43,654 nucleotides of DNA from a virus: positions 1-43,654 of the IMG/VR virus record IMGVR_UViG_3300035670_000436. One strand, given 5' to 3'. The notes beneath the pieces were generated by a model that was not told where the DNA came from, ran no database searches, and was given only the letters and a program-made list of their open reading frames with translations. Shown piece by piece: positions 1 through 7,947 of this stretch. Both the position numbers and the translations under genes were made by a program. Position 1 is the first letter of the stretch. Each line of letters starts with the position of its first letter.

Positions 1-127
1 GATGATGGTGAGCCTTACCTGACTACGCAGAAGGCTATGATCAGCCGTGACGGTATCGGCGCGGGAGTTAACTTCGATCCTGATACCGCTGTCAAGACTG
101 CACAGGCAGAAGCGTTGAAGAAGGCAT
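1..127. repeat. 127-bp exact direct repeat with 43528-43654 (circular-assembly overlap or terminal redundancy)
   Basis: gatgatggtgagccttacctgactacgcag...gttgaagaaggcat is identical at both window ends. Confidence 0.95.
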
Positions 128-372
128 GTCACCAGTATGGTATCGCATTGTACTTGTGGGATTCTGCTGAACGTGACTTTGTAGAGTTGCAGCGGCAGGC
201 TGCCAAGAGTGATGTTGCACTCAAGCAGTTGGTCGTAGCGTACACACAGCGCGTACTAGAACTTGATCCTGGAGTCATGCCTGAGAAGGATCAGATGACC
301 ACAGCCCTTGGCATTGACGAACTAGAAGTTGATACTATTCGTCAGGCCCTTACTAGTGTAGGAGTGCTCTAA
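1..372 (+). CDS. Rad52/Sak-like single-strand annealing protein, C-terminal part (continuation of ORF 43261-43654 once the overlap is collapsed)
   Basis: Frame 1 is open from base 1 and in phase with the ORF that runs off the window end. Contains ...RDGIGAGVNFDPDTAVKTAQAEALKKACHQYGIALYLW, a Rad52-type annealing-domain signature. Confidence 0.6.
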   Translation, partial: DDGEPYLTTQKAMISRDGIGAGVNFDPDTAVKTAQAEALKKACHQYGIALYLWDSAERDFVELQRQAAKSDVALKQLVVAYTQRVLELDPGVMPEKDQMTTALGIDELEVDTIRQALTSVGVL

Positions 373-638
373 TGAAGTTGTATGATCGTGATTTTATTCT
401 CAGCCAGTTGACCGCTATGCAGGAACAGCGCCGACTCGTCATCAGTATCCTATTTGATATGGATCAGCGGATGGAAGAGATCGAGAACTTTGTGTATAAT
501 CAGGACAAGTTGGCTAATCCTTTCCACTACGATACCATGTGTAACTGTGATGATTGTGAGTGTCAGCGGAACACGTATCGTGTGATGGTTGAGGATGATG
601 TAGATATTATGGATGATGCTTCTTACCGGATGGACTGA
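372..638 (+). CDS. hypothetical protein, 88 aa, Cys-rich (CNCDDCECQ)
   Basis: TAATG stop/start overlap with the upstream gene. No family recognised. Confidence 0.5.
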   Translation: MKLYDRDFILSQLTAMQEQRRLVISILFDMDQRMEEIENFVYNQDKLANPFHYDTMCNCDDCECQRNTYRVMVEDDVDIMDDASYRMD

Positions 639-1570
639 TGATTGTCGCTATCGACACAGAAACCACAGGCGTAGCCTGGGATGATGATGCGTTCATGATC
701 AGCATGGCATCCGACAGTTTCACGCGCATATATGATAAGCGTATTGTTTCTGATACTAAATGGGAGAACATGGTAAACGAAACTATTGTTACCCTTCGTG
801 CTGCTGATCATATTATAATGCACAATGCAAAGTTTGATATCCAAAAACTTTGTCGCCTTGGTATTCCGCTTCGTGTATTTCTTAACAAGTTTGAGGACAC
901 ACAAGCCATCGCCCACCTGATCGATGAGCATCAGTCCACAAGCCTGAAGAAACTAGCACAAAAGTATCTCAACGAAACCACAGATGAGGATGAGGTACTC
1001 AAGGCGTGGCGTCGCAAAAACAAACTGAAGAAGGAGGATGGTTATGCGCCGATTCCTAACGAGATTCTTGCACCGTACGCAGCCAAAGACGCAGAGTTCA
1101 CATTGCGGCTTTACAATTTACTTTGGCCTCGACTGCCCGAAGATCTGCACTCGTTGTATCAAACAGAGAAGGACCTAACCATTGCACTACTAGACATTGA
1201 GGCTCGTGGCATGCGAGTCGATACCAAGTATGTATTACACAAGCGTAAGGAGTATGGTGATCGGATTTACAAACTTAAGTCTCGTATTGGGAAGATTGTT
1301 GGAGAAGAGTTCAACCCGCAATCACACCAGCAGGTTCTCGCAGCCCTTGAAGAACGAGGACTCGTGGTATCCTCTACCTCCAAAGAGTCTCTTGCGGGAT
1401 TGGATGATGAACTCGCACAACTAATCCTAGAGTTGCGAGAAGCGAACAAGATCAAGGCTACGTATTTTGATGCTATGCATGAGGAAACTAAGGATGGCAT
1501 TCTTCATCCTAACTTTCGTCAGCATGGTACTCGTACTGGTCGTATGAGTAGTGGAGCAGCAGAAGCATGA
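638..1570 (+). CDS. polA: family A DNA polymerase, N-terminal fragment (3'-5' exonuclease plus thumb)
   Basis: Exo I IDTETTG, Exo II HNAKFDIQKL, Exo III YAAKDAEF. Ends ...HPNFRQHGTRTGRMSS-GAAEA*, inside the conserved TGRLSS..PNLQNIP block. The stop overlaps the next ATG (ATGA). Confidence 0.85.
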   Translation: MIVAIDTETTGVAWDDDAFMISMASDSFTRIYDKRIVSDTKWENMVNETIVTLRAADHIIMHNAKFDIQKLCRLGIPLRVFLNKFEDTQAIAHLIDEHQSTSLKKLAQKYLNETTDEDEVLKAWRRKNKLKKEDGYAPIPNEILAPYAAKDAEFTLRLYNLLWPRLPEDLHSLYQTEKDLTIALLDIEARGMRVDTKYVLHKRKEYGDRIYKLKSRIGKIVGEEFNPQSHQQVLAALEERGLVVSSTSKESLAGLDDELAQLILELREANKIKATYFDAMHEETKDGILHPNFRQHGTRTGRMSSGAAEA

Positions 1571-2343
1571 TTAGTGTCATTACCCCATTATACAATACAC
1601 CACCGAATGTTCTAGCCCGTACATGGCATAGTCTCAAGCATCAGACGTATACTGATTGGGAATGGATCGTATGGGATGATTCGCCTAATGATCTGGCGTG
1701 GCGACAAGTCTACGGATTCTGTGCAGATGAACGCTACACCATTCGCATGTATCGTAGTCACGTATCTAGTGGTATCATTGGTGAGGTCAAGCATCAAGCC
1801 TTTATGATGGGACGAGGAGATATCCTCGTAGAACTCGATCATGATGATGCCCTCACTCATAACGCACTAGAAGAGATCAGCCTCGCATTTGAGGATGATG
1901 ATGTAGCGTTTGTATACTCTAACTGGGCTGAGATCAATGAGGAAGGACAATCCTGTAGGTATCCTGAAGGTTGGGCGTTCGGTTATGGTAGGGATTATTA
2001 TGATGATGTGTACAAGATGTGGGTAATGCGAGCACCAGAGATCAATCGTACCACACTCAGTCATATCGTATCAGCCCCGAATCATGTACGCGCATGGCGC
2101 AGAATCCCCTATCATATTCTTGGTGGGCACGACACCACACTCAGAGTCGCTGATGATTATGATCTAGTAGTACGAACACTCACCACCTGCACCGGATACA
2201 AGCATATCGACAAGTTACTCTACCTACAATATATTCATGCTAACACAGCACAACGAGTACACAATAAGGAAATCCAAGACAAAGTAGCACTACTATCCGA
2301 TAAGTATCGAGAAGAAATCGAGGCTCGTTATGCCGCCATTTGA
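1567..2343 (+). CDS. family 2 glycosyltransferase (GT-A fold), inserted between the two polA fragments
   Basis: N-terminus ISVITPLYNTPPNVLARTWHSLKHQTYTDWEWIVWDDSPND plus ELDHDD (DxD-like), typical of GT2. Confidence 0.75.
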   Translation: MISVITPLYNTPPNVLARTWHSLKHQTYTDWEWIVWDDSPNDLAWRQVYGFCADERYTIRMYRSHVSSGIIGEVKHQAFMMGRGDILVELDHDDALTHNALEEISLAFEDDDVAFVYSNWAEINEEGQSCRYPEGWAFGYGRDYYDDVYKMWVMRAPEINRTTLSHIVSAPNHVRAWRRIPYHILGGHDTTLRVADDYDLVVRTLTTCTGYKHIDKLLYLQYIHANTAQRVHNKEIQDKVALLSDKYREEIEARYAAI

Positions 2344-2515
2344 TTATTACGAACAGGACGAGGATGGTAGTTGGAACTGGTATTATTGTAGCATGCTTAC
2401 AGAGAATGCGTTAGAAACCATTGAGAAGCCTTGGCCCGTATTTGCAGACTCGTTCGACGCAGCCATGAACATCTTTATGGTACTAGTAAAACTCAAATAT
2501 CATGGAGTAGCATGA
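2330..2515 (+). CDS. hypothetical protein, 61 aa, acidic and Trp-rich
   Basis: Overlaps the GT2 end by 14 nt. Its TGA overlaps the ATG of the downstream polA fragment (ATGA). No family recognised. Confidence 0.45.
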   Translation: MPPFDYYEQDEDGSWNWYYCSMLTENALETIEKPWPVFADSFDAAMNIFMVLVKLKYHGVA

Positions 2516-3255
2516 ACGTACAAAATATTCCCCGAACACAGAAGGATGTGAAACGTGCGTTTGTCCCCAAACTATCATGCTTTTTGTTCTTTGATTATAA
2601 GGCCATCGAAGTACGGCTATTGGCATACTACCTTGCCCGTGCGATTAATGATACTAGTCTCTCCCAAGAGATTATCTCCGGCATGGATCCGCACGCTGTC
2701 ACCGCTCAAGGCTTGTACGGACGAGAGAACATCAGCGACGAGGAACGTCAAACAGGTAAGACACTAAACTTTAGTATTATCTATGGTGGTGGGACACCCA
2801 CAATTATGAGGCAGTTAGGCGTGTCATACAAGGAGGCTAGGCGTCTCCTGAAGGCATACCATACTACTCGTCCTGGTATCAAGCGACTCAATGAGAGCCT
2901 CGCAGAAGCCCTTAAACGGAAAGGATACGTACAGAGCCTCTACGGTAGGCACTTGCATGTAGAAGAGGAACATAAGACTCTCAACGCTCTGATCCAAGGA
3001 TCAGCCGCAGACCTCATGCGAGACGCTGTAGTACGAGTACACAAAGAACTCGATCAGCATTATGCTAGCCATATCGTCAACATCGTACATGATGAGATCA
3101 TCATTGATGCGGACAAGAATGAGATAGAACAACTAATACTAATTATTCCTAACCTGATGGGGAATAAACTCGTAGAGAAATACGTTAGTATAGAAACAGA
3201 TTGTGAGATTAGTCATACTAACTGGGCAGATAAGGAAGAATATAATGGCAATTGA
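2512..3255 (+). CDS. polA: family A DNA polymerase, C-terminal fragment (palm/fingers, all catalytic motifs)
   Basis: Starts MNVQNIP. Motif A FFDYKAIEVRLLAYY, motif B RQTGKTLNFSIIYGG, motif C VNIVHDEIIID. GGAG lies 4 nt upstream of ATG 2512. The ORF-track start at 2431 is probably only read-through of a decayed duplicate. Confidence 0.85.
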   Translation: MNVQNIPRTQKDVKRAFVPKLSCFLFFDYKAIEVRLLAYYLARAINDTSLSQEIISGMDPHAVTAQGLYGRENISDEERQTGKTLNFSIIYGGGTPTIMRQLGVSYKEARRLLKAYHTTRPGIKRLNESLAEALKRKGYVQSLYGRHLHVEEEHKTLNALIQGSAADLMRDAVVRVHKELDQHYASHIVNIVHDEIIIDADKNEIEQLILIIPNLMGNKLVEKYVSIETDCEISHTNWADKEEYNGN

Positions 3256-3481
3256 TGATCCAGTAAACAGCCCCAAACACTACACACAAGGCGACATGGA
3301 AGTCATTACTGCTATCGAAGGATTGGGACTTGACTACCACCAAGGTAATGTGCTAAAATATGTAGCGCGATACCGACACAAGAATGGATTGGAGGATCTA
3401 CGCAAAGCAAAATGGTATATTGACAGGCTCATCTATATTGAGGAGCAGAAAGCAGTAAAACAGCAAAGGAGTTATGTGTGA
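3245..3481 (+). CDS. DUF3310-like small protein
   Basis: SPKHYTQGDMEVITAIEG...GNVLKYVARYRHKNGLEDLRKAKWYIDRL matches my recollection of the DUF3310 pattern. AAGGAAG lies upstream of ATG 3245. Confidence 0.55.
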   Translation: MAIDDPVNSPKHYTQGDMEVITAIEGLGLDYHQGNVLKYVARYRHKNGLEDLRKAKWYIDRLIYIEEQKAVKQQRSYV

Positions 3482-4221
3482 GAATTCTAAAGTTAACAAG
3501 CCCGTATATGCGTGGTAAGGATGTGAAGGCCGCTCAGCGAGCATTGCGTAAGGCTAAGGCATGGGTTGGTCCGATTGATGGTATCTTCGGTCCTCAGACT
3601 GCGGCTGCTGCGAAGCAGGCTAAGTGGATGCTAGGCTATCCTGAAAAGGAGTGCACTCAGACGTATGGTCAGGCATTGCATGATTATCTGACTGGTAAGA
3701 AGAAGCCTAGTATGCTTATGCGTCGTCGTGCTGAGAAGCGTAAGGTTTCTCATAAGCCAATGCGTGAGAAGGCACTAGAAGAGTCTATCAAGTGGATTGG
3801 TACCAAGGAGAATCCGCCTCACTCTAACAAGGTTATGTTCTCCGAATGGTATGGTCTGCGAGGACCCTGGTGTGCAATGTTCGTAACATGGTGTTACACC
3901 CAGGCTGGAAGCAAATCGTTCGACCCTAAGAAGGCTCGATGGGCATACTGTCCCTTCATGGTAAATGATGCTCGCGCTCAGCGCAACGGCCTCGTCGTAG
4001 TCCCCGTCGATCAGGTACAGCCTGGAGACATTGCTATGTTTGATTGGCATCGTGATGGCATCAGCGATCATGTAGGCATCGTAGAAACCAAGCCTAACAA
4101 AGGTAAATTTAAGTGCATCGAAGGCAACACGGCTGTAGGTAATGATAGTGACGGCGGTGCTGTCATGCGTAGGGATCGTAACACTAGTCAGGTACAAGTA
4201 TTCATTCGTGTCGTAGCGTAG
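3478..4221 (+). CDS. endolysin: peptidoglycan-binding domain plus CHAP peptidase
   Basis: GTG start after AAGGAG. PG_binding_1-like GKDVKAAQRAL...IDGIFGPQTAAAAKQAKW. CHAP-like catalytic Cys (GPWCAMFVTWCY) and His (SDHVGIVE). Confidence 0.8.
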   Translation: MRILKLTSPYMRGKDVKAAQRALRKAKAWVGPIDGIFGPQTAAAAKQAKWMLGYPEKECTQTYGQALHDYLTGKKKPSMLMRRRAEKRKVSHKPMREKALEESIKWIGTKENPPHSNKVMFSEWYGLRGPWCAMFVTWCYTQAGSKSFDPKKARWAYCPFMVNDARAQRNGLVVVPVDQVQPGDIAMFDWHRDGISDHVGIVETKPNKGKFKCIEGNTAVGNDSDGGAVMRRDRNTSQVQVFIRVVA

Positions 4222-4230
4222 GAGAATAAG

Positions 4231-5508
4231 TTGATCACAGAGTCGCATAAGAATTGGTTTGAGAATGAGCGCGGCATCAGCCTCGCAACTCTTGAAGCCT
4301 TCGGTATCGAATCCAGTAGTGATGATTGGGTCATGATGCCGTATGGTAATCGTCAGCGGTTCCGTCGAATGGCAGAACCCCGCACGTTCAAGTGGGGCAA
4401 GGGCGAAGGCACCAGCCTCTATCAGCCTCAGAGCATGAAGAAGGAGAATTATGCTTTCCTCTGCGAAGGAGAGACTGATACCATGCGACTCTATGAGGAG
4501 GGCATCCAGAGTGTGTATGGCCTACCAGGCTTCCAAACATTTAGTGAGGACACACTCAAGCCCCTCCGCGAGTATGAGAAAGTATTCGTAGTACTAGACA
4601 ATGATGCAAACTATAATGTCAAGACGACTGTTGACCAGGCATGGGCTAGGCTACGAGGCGCTCTAGGCTCCAAGGCTAGGCGTATCCAACTCCCAGATGA
4701 TGTCAAAGATGTTTGCGAGTTCTTCGACTCGTACAGCATTGATACGCTACGCGACATCACTAAGAATGCTGCGAATGGTAATTATCATTACCAGTCACTC
4801 GACCTTGCAGCACCACCCCCAGAATACGAATGGCTCGTGAAGGGCCTCATCTGTAAGGGTGACACTACGCTGCTAGTCGGAGAGCCTAACGTAGGTAAGT
4901 CGTGGCTCAGCCTAAGCCTCGCAGTCAGCATCGCAGACGGCACCAACACTTGGCTAGGACACGAGGTCTGCACACAAGGTCGCGTACTCTACATTGATGA
5001 GGAGAATCCGCATGATGTTGTATATCATCGTCTTCGCCAGTTGGGCGCTGTATCTTTTGATAATATACGGTACCTACACAGGCAAGGCATCCGATTGGAT
5101 CGTAACTTTGATAAACTACTTGACGAAGCAATCGCATACGAACCAACGATGATCGTCCTCGACAGCCTCACCCGACTCCACACCAAGGATGAGAATAATG
5201 CTGGCGAGATGGCAAAACTATTCAATGATAGTATCAATGTGATTTGTCGAGAAACAGGCGCAGCCGTACTAATTATTCATCATACTAACAAGGTACAGTC
5301 CGACTCTTCGTACGTTAAGACTCGTGGGTCTAGTGATATTGGCGCAGCAGTCGATTCTGGCCTTGAAGCACGGAAGCAGGAAGGTAACCGCTTCAACCTC
5401 GTACACTTCAAAAGCAGGCGATCTAGGACTGGAGGCTTGACACGAGTAGAAATCTGTGATACCATTGATGGTAAGGTAGAGTTTGTTCTACACGACGAAC
5501 CCTTTTAG
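4231..5508 (+). CDS. bifunctional primase-helicase (Toprim domain plus RepA/DnaB-like P-loop ATPase)
   Basis: TTG start after AGGAG. Toprim FLCEGETDTMRL...VVLDNDAN. Walker A GEPNVGKSW. Walker B MIVLDSLTRLH. Confidence 0.8.
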   Translation: MITESHKNWFENERGISLATLEAFGIESSSDDWVMMPYGNRQRFRRMAEPRTFKWGKGEGTSLYQPQSMKKENYAFLCEGETDTMRLYEEGIQSVYGLPGFQTFSEDTLKPLREYEKVFVVLDNDANYNVKTTVDQAWARLRGALGSKARRIQLPDDVKDVCEFFDSYSIDTLRDITKNAANGNYHYQSLDLAAPPPEYEWLVKGLICKGDTTLLVGEPNVGKSWLSLSLAVSIADGTNTWLGHEVCTQGRVLYIDEENPHDVVYHRLRQLGAVSFDNIRYLHRQGIRLDRNFDKLLDEAIAYEPTMIVLDSLTRLHTKDENNAGEMAKLFNDSINVICRETGAAVLIIHHTNKVQSDSSYVKTRGSSDIGAAVDSGLEARKQEGNRFNLVHFKSRRSRTGGLTRVEICDTIDGKVEFVLHDEPF

Positions 5509-5516
5509 GAGGTATT

Positions 5517-5876
5517 ATGAGTGAACCAGAAGTTATCGTAGGCCCTTGGGGCGGAGAGGAGTACGACATGGCAGAGCAGGAGTTCCAGTCCGCTGTCGAA
5601 GAGTTAATCGCAACGAATAATGAGGAGATGCTGGGACGCACCATCGCTGGAGTTCTAGAGTTCCTCACCATCAAGGCTATCCTTGACGGACCATACTATG
5701 TTCTCAACGAGGATAGTACTGCTGTTACCATCATCGCTTCTGGTGAGGATGCTGAAGCAGCCGTCAAGTCTCTACCCGATAATTTTAAGAATTGGGATGA
5801 GGTAGAGCCGGTCGAGTATTTGACCGATACTGATCCGGGTGATGAGGCTGATGAGCCTACCCCCGAATCGGAGTAA
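5517..5876 (+). CDS. hypothetical acidic protein, 119 aa
   Basis: AGGAGG RBS. Coding-like composition. No family recognised. Confidence 0.5.
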   Translation: MSEPEVIVGPWGGEEYDMAEQEFQSAVEELIATNNEEMLGRTIAGVLEFLTIKAILDGPYYVLNEDSTAVTIIASGEDAEAAVKSLPDNFKNWDEVEPVEYLTDTDPGDEADEPTPESE

Positions 5877-6177
5877 ACAATGGAAGGATTGGGAGCGTGA
5901 GGTCGCTCGCGATCTTGGCGGGACTCGTACTGGTCCTCGTGGTTTTGATGTACCAGACGTAACCGACCTACCCGGAGACTTCGCTCCGGAATGCAAGTAT
6001 CAGAAAAGGCTCTCTCTGAAGGATGCGGACCTAAAGCAGGCACAACACAATGCTAAAGGCCGTGAGTGGTCCCTATTCCTCAGAGAAGCCCGCTCTGGTA
6101 GACGATACGTAGTAGTACCCTACAAGACATTCCTCAAAATGTGGGATGCATACACAGAAGGAGAAACAAATGAGTGA
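5839..6177 (+). CDS. putative PD-(D/E)XK-type endonuclease / Holliday-junction resolvase-like protein
   Basis: WEREVARDL...GFDVPDV...FAPECKYQK gives a D...ExK arrangement. The start is ambiguous (GTG 5839, ATG 5842 or 5851). Confidence 0.4.
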   Translation: MMRLMSLPPNRSKQWKDWEREVARDLGGTRTGPRGFDVPDVTDLPGDFAPECKYQKRLSLKDADLKQAQHNAKGREWSLFLREARSGRRYVVVPYKTFLKMWDAYTEGETNE

Positions 6178-6526
6178 GTACATGACTGTTGCTGGTATCG
6201 TTCAATTCGACCCGCGCAATCGTCAGGCTGGAGGCAAGGAGGTTCGTGACGTTCTCATCCGCGCCCTCAACAGCACCAAGAATTTTAGCATCACCGTGTG
6301 GCCTGAGAACACGGTCGAGATCAACAAGGGTGACTTCATCATCGCTGATGGTAAGTACACCCAGACCACGGGACAGAACAAGGAAGGTGAGCAGGTCACG
6401 TATCATAACTTGTCCGCCACCAACGTTCTCCGATTCTCCGGAGACTCTGGTACTGCTGCTGCCCCGACCACCCCGAAGATCGCTGCCGTACCCGACATGG
6501 ACACGGGCGACGACTTCCCGTTCTAA
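6170..6526 (+). CDS. ssb: single-stranded DNA-binding protein
   Basis: AAGGAG RBS before ATG 6170. OB-fold-sized body, Gly/Pro/Thr linker and an acidic C-terminal tip DTGDDFPF like the SSB DDDIPF tail. Confidence 0.75.
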   Translation: MSEYMTVAGIVQFDPRNRQAGGKEVRDVLIRALNSTKNFSITVWPENTVEINKGDFIIADGKYTQTTGQNKEGEQVTYHNLSATNVLRFSGDSGTAAAPTTPKIAAVPDMDTGDDFPF

Positions 6527-6804
6527 TGATCAGCCCTGACGATCAACGTGTCAGGGATTATTCAAGACTAATCGCTGATGCTGCATACAAGTTCCGCAAA
6601 GCAGCAGAATATGATGATCTGTACCAGGAAGGCATGATCGCAGTCTGGTCGTGTCCGCCTGGTGCAGACTCAAAATATATTAGCGCAGCAATATTCAACA
6701 GAATGAAAGACTGGATTAGGTATGTAAAACGCTTACGACACCTACATACTGTCTCTTACGAAGAGATCATGGAGCACGAAGATGTATCAGAAACAAACAG
6801 TTGA
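6526..6804 (+). CDS. sigma-70 region 2-like protein (N-terminal half of a sigma factor)
   Basis: YDDLYQEGMIAVW...YISAAIFNRMKDWIRYVKR resembles sigma region 2.1-2.4. Confidence 0.55.
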   Translation: MISPDDQRVRDYSRLIADAAYKFRKAAEYDDLYQEGMIAVWSCPPGADSKYISAAIFNRMKDWIRYVKRLRHLHTVSYEEIMEHEDVSETNS

Positions 6805-7078
6805 GGACATGCTAAGAAACTATACAACCATCACACATTATATTATGCATAGTGGTGATGAGGAAGTGCATTCTTATAAGTTGGATCTGGACATCGCTCT
6901 GCAAAAACTCCAAGATTTTAGTGGTAACCTACACAAGACAATTATTAGTGTATTTGTTTGGGGGATTCCCATCCAGGAACAAGCGAAGAGAATGAATGTA
7001 TCTAAGCGTCAGATCAGCCGCAGGCTCGATGATGGTCTGCATTTTCTGACAATGATTATGAATGGAGAAGTTCTATGA
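6782..7078 (+). CDS. sigma-70 region 4-like HTH protein (C-terminal half of a sigma factor)
   Basis: LHKTIISVFVWGIPIQEQAKRMNVSKRQISRRLDDGLHFL resembles the region 4.2 HTH. It is in the +1 frame relative to 6526-6804 and overlaps it by 23 nt. Confidence 0.55.
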   Translation: MYQKQTVEDMLRNYTTITHYIMHSGDEEVHSYKLDLDIALQKLQDFSGNLHKTIISVFVWGIPIQEQAKRMNVSKRQISRRLDDGLHFLTMIMNGEVL

Positions 7079-7845
7079 TGAGGATTGACGCCTCTAACAA
7101 GGATCGTTTTGAGTTTGGTTTGGAAGCACCATTAGAATTGAAGGGTGATTGGGCTGTTACGGCTGACTGGCACGTACCATTGTATGATGCTACTCTTGTG
7201 AACATGTTCCTAGACGAAGCAGCAGATTATAATAATCTGTTGATCGCTGGAGACTTCCTCAACGGAGACTCACTCAGCCAGTACATGCCTAAGCAGAAGA
7301 GTGCTGGCATTGAGAAGGAAGTATACGAAGCGAAGAGCCTCATGGAAGTATTGTATTCTAACTTTAAGCATATCGTGTTCCTTCGCGGCAATCATGATTA
7401 TCGGTATACGAAGGCTACAGAGTATCGTGAAACCTTCGTAGAATCCATGACGAACCTGTTTGAGGATGTGCCCAGGCATGGTTGTCGAATCAAATTCTCA
7501 GAGTTGGATCATTGTTACCTAGTCAGTAATAAAGAGCGATACTTTATCGCTCATCCTGATTCGTATTCTAAAAGCCCGCTGAACAATCCCACAGCAATCG
7601 CTGCGGTTAAGAAGTGTCATGTGCTCACAGCGCATACGCATCATTGTGCTATGGGCTGGGATCCTAGCGGAGAGTTCATTGTTGGAGAGTTGGGTGGCTT
7701 CTTCAACATTCCACAAACAGAATACTTGCAAGGCACCACAACATATCCGAACTGGTGTAACGGGTATTGGTTTATCACAAATGGTAAGCCGGATATGGTA
7801 TCGTATGGTGCTCGTGGTTTGAAGACGAGCGCTACAAGAAAATAA
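7075..7845 (+). CDS. calcineurin-like metallophosphoesterase
   Basis: Motifs in order: ADWHVP, IAGDFLNGD, LRGNHDY, TAHTHH. Confidence 0.7.
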   Translation: MMRIDASNKDRFEFGLEAPLELKGDWAVTADWHVPLYDATLVNMFLDEAADYNNLLIAGDFLNGDSLSQYMPKQKSAGIEKEVYEAKSLMEVLYSNFKHIVFLRGNHDYRYTKATEYRETFVESMTNLFEDVPRHGCRIKFSELDHCYLVSNKERYFIAHPDSYSKSPLNNPTAIAAVKKCHVLTAHTHHCAMGWDPSGEFIVGELGGFFNIPQTEYLQGTTTYPNWCNGYWFITNGKPDMVSYGARGLKTSATRK

Positions 7846-7849
7846 TAAT

Positions 7850-7931
7850 GGGGCCGTGGTGAAATTGGCAGACACGACGGACTTAAAATTCGTTGCCTAC
7901 GGGCGTGAGGGTTCGAACCCCTCCGGCCCTA
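7850..7931 (+). tRNA. tRNA-Leu (anticodon UAA), type II with long variable arm, no encoded CCA
   Basis: Acceptor GGGGCCG/CGGCCCT (G1:U72). D arm GTG..CAC. Anticodon stem ACGGA/TTCGT with loop CTTAAAA. Variable arm GCCTACGGGCGT. T arm GAGGG-TTCGAAC-CCCTC. Confidence 0.85.
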
Positions 7932-7947
7932 CTATGAAAGGAGAAGT

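Noticed and set aside
623-931. Minus-strand ORFs inside plus-strand genes (623-931, 3775-4248, 8823-9227, 9208-9678, 38525-39091, 39137-39562, 39912-40310, 40507-40887)
   Set aside because: They lie antisense to genes with clear family motifs. They have no RBS and no recognisable domains.
1547-2511. Group I intron or intein interrupting polA
   Set aside because: The insert is out of frame with both pol fragments, which rules out an intein. It is fully occupied by ORFs chained by ATGA overlaps, with no homing endonuclease and no spare sequence for an intron core. It still needs an RNA-level check.
2431-2511. Longer start for the polA C-terminal fragment (ORF-track 2431)
   Set aside because: The upstream 27 codons look like a decayed duplicate of the polN C-terminus and overlap the 61-aa ORF. 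ATG 2512 has a GGAG RBS and ATGA coupling.
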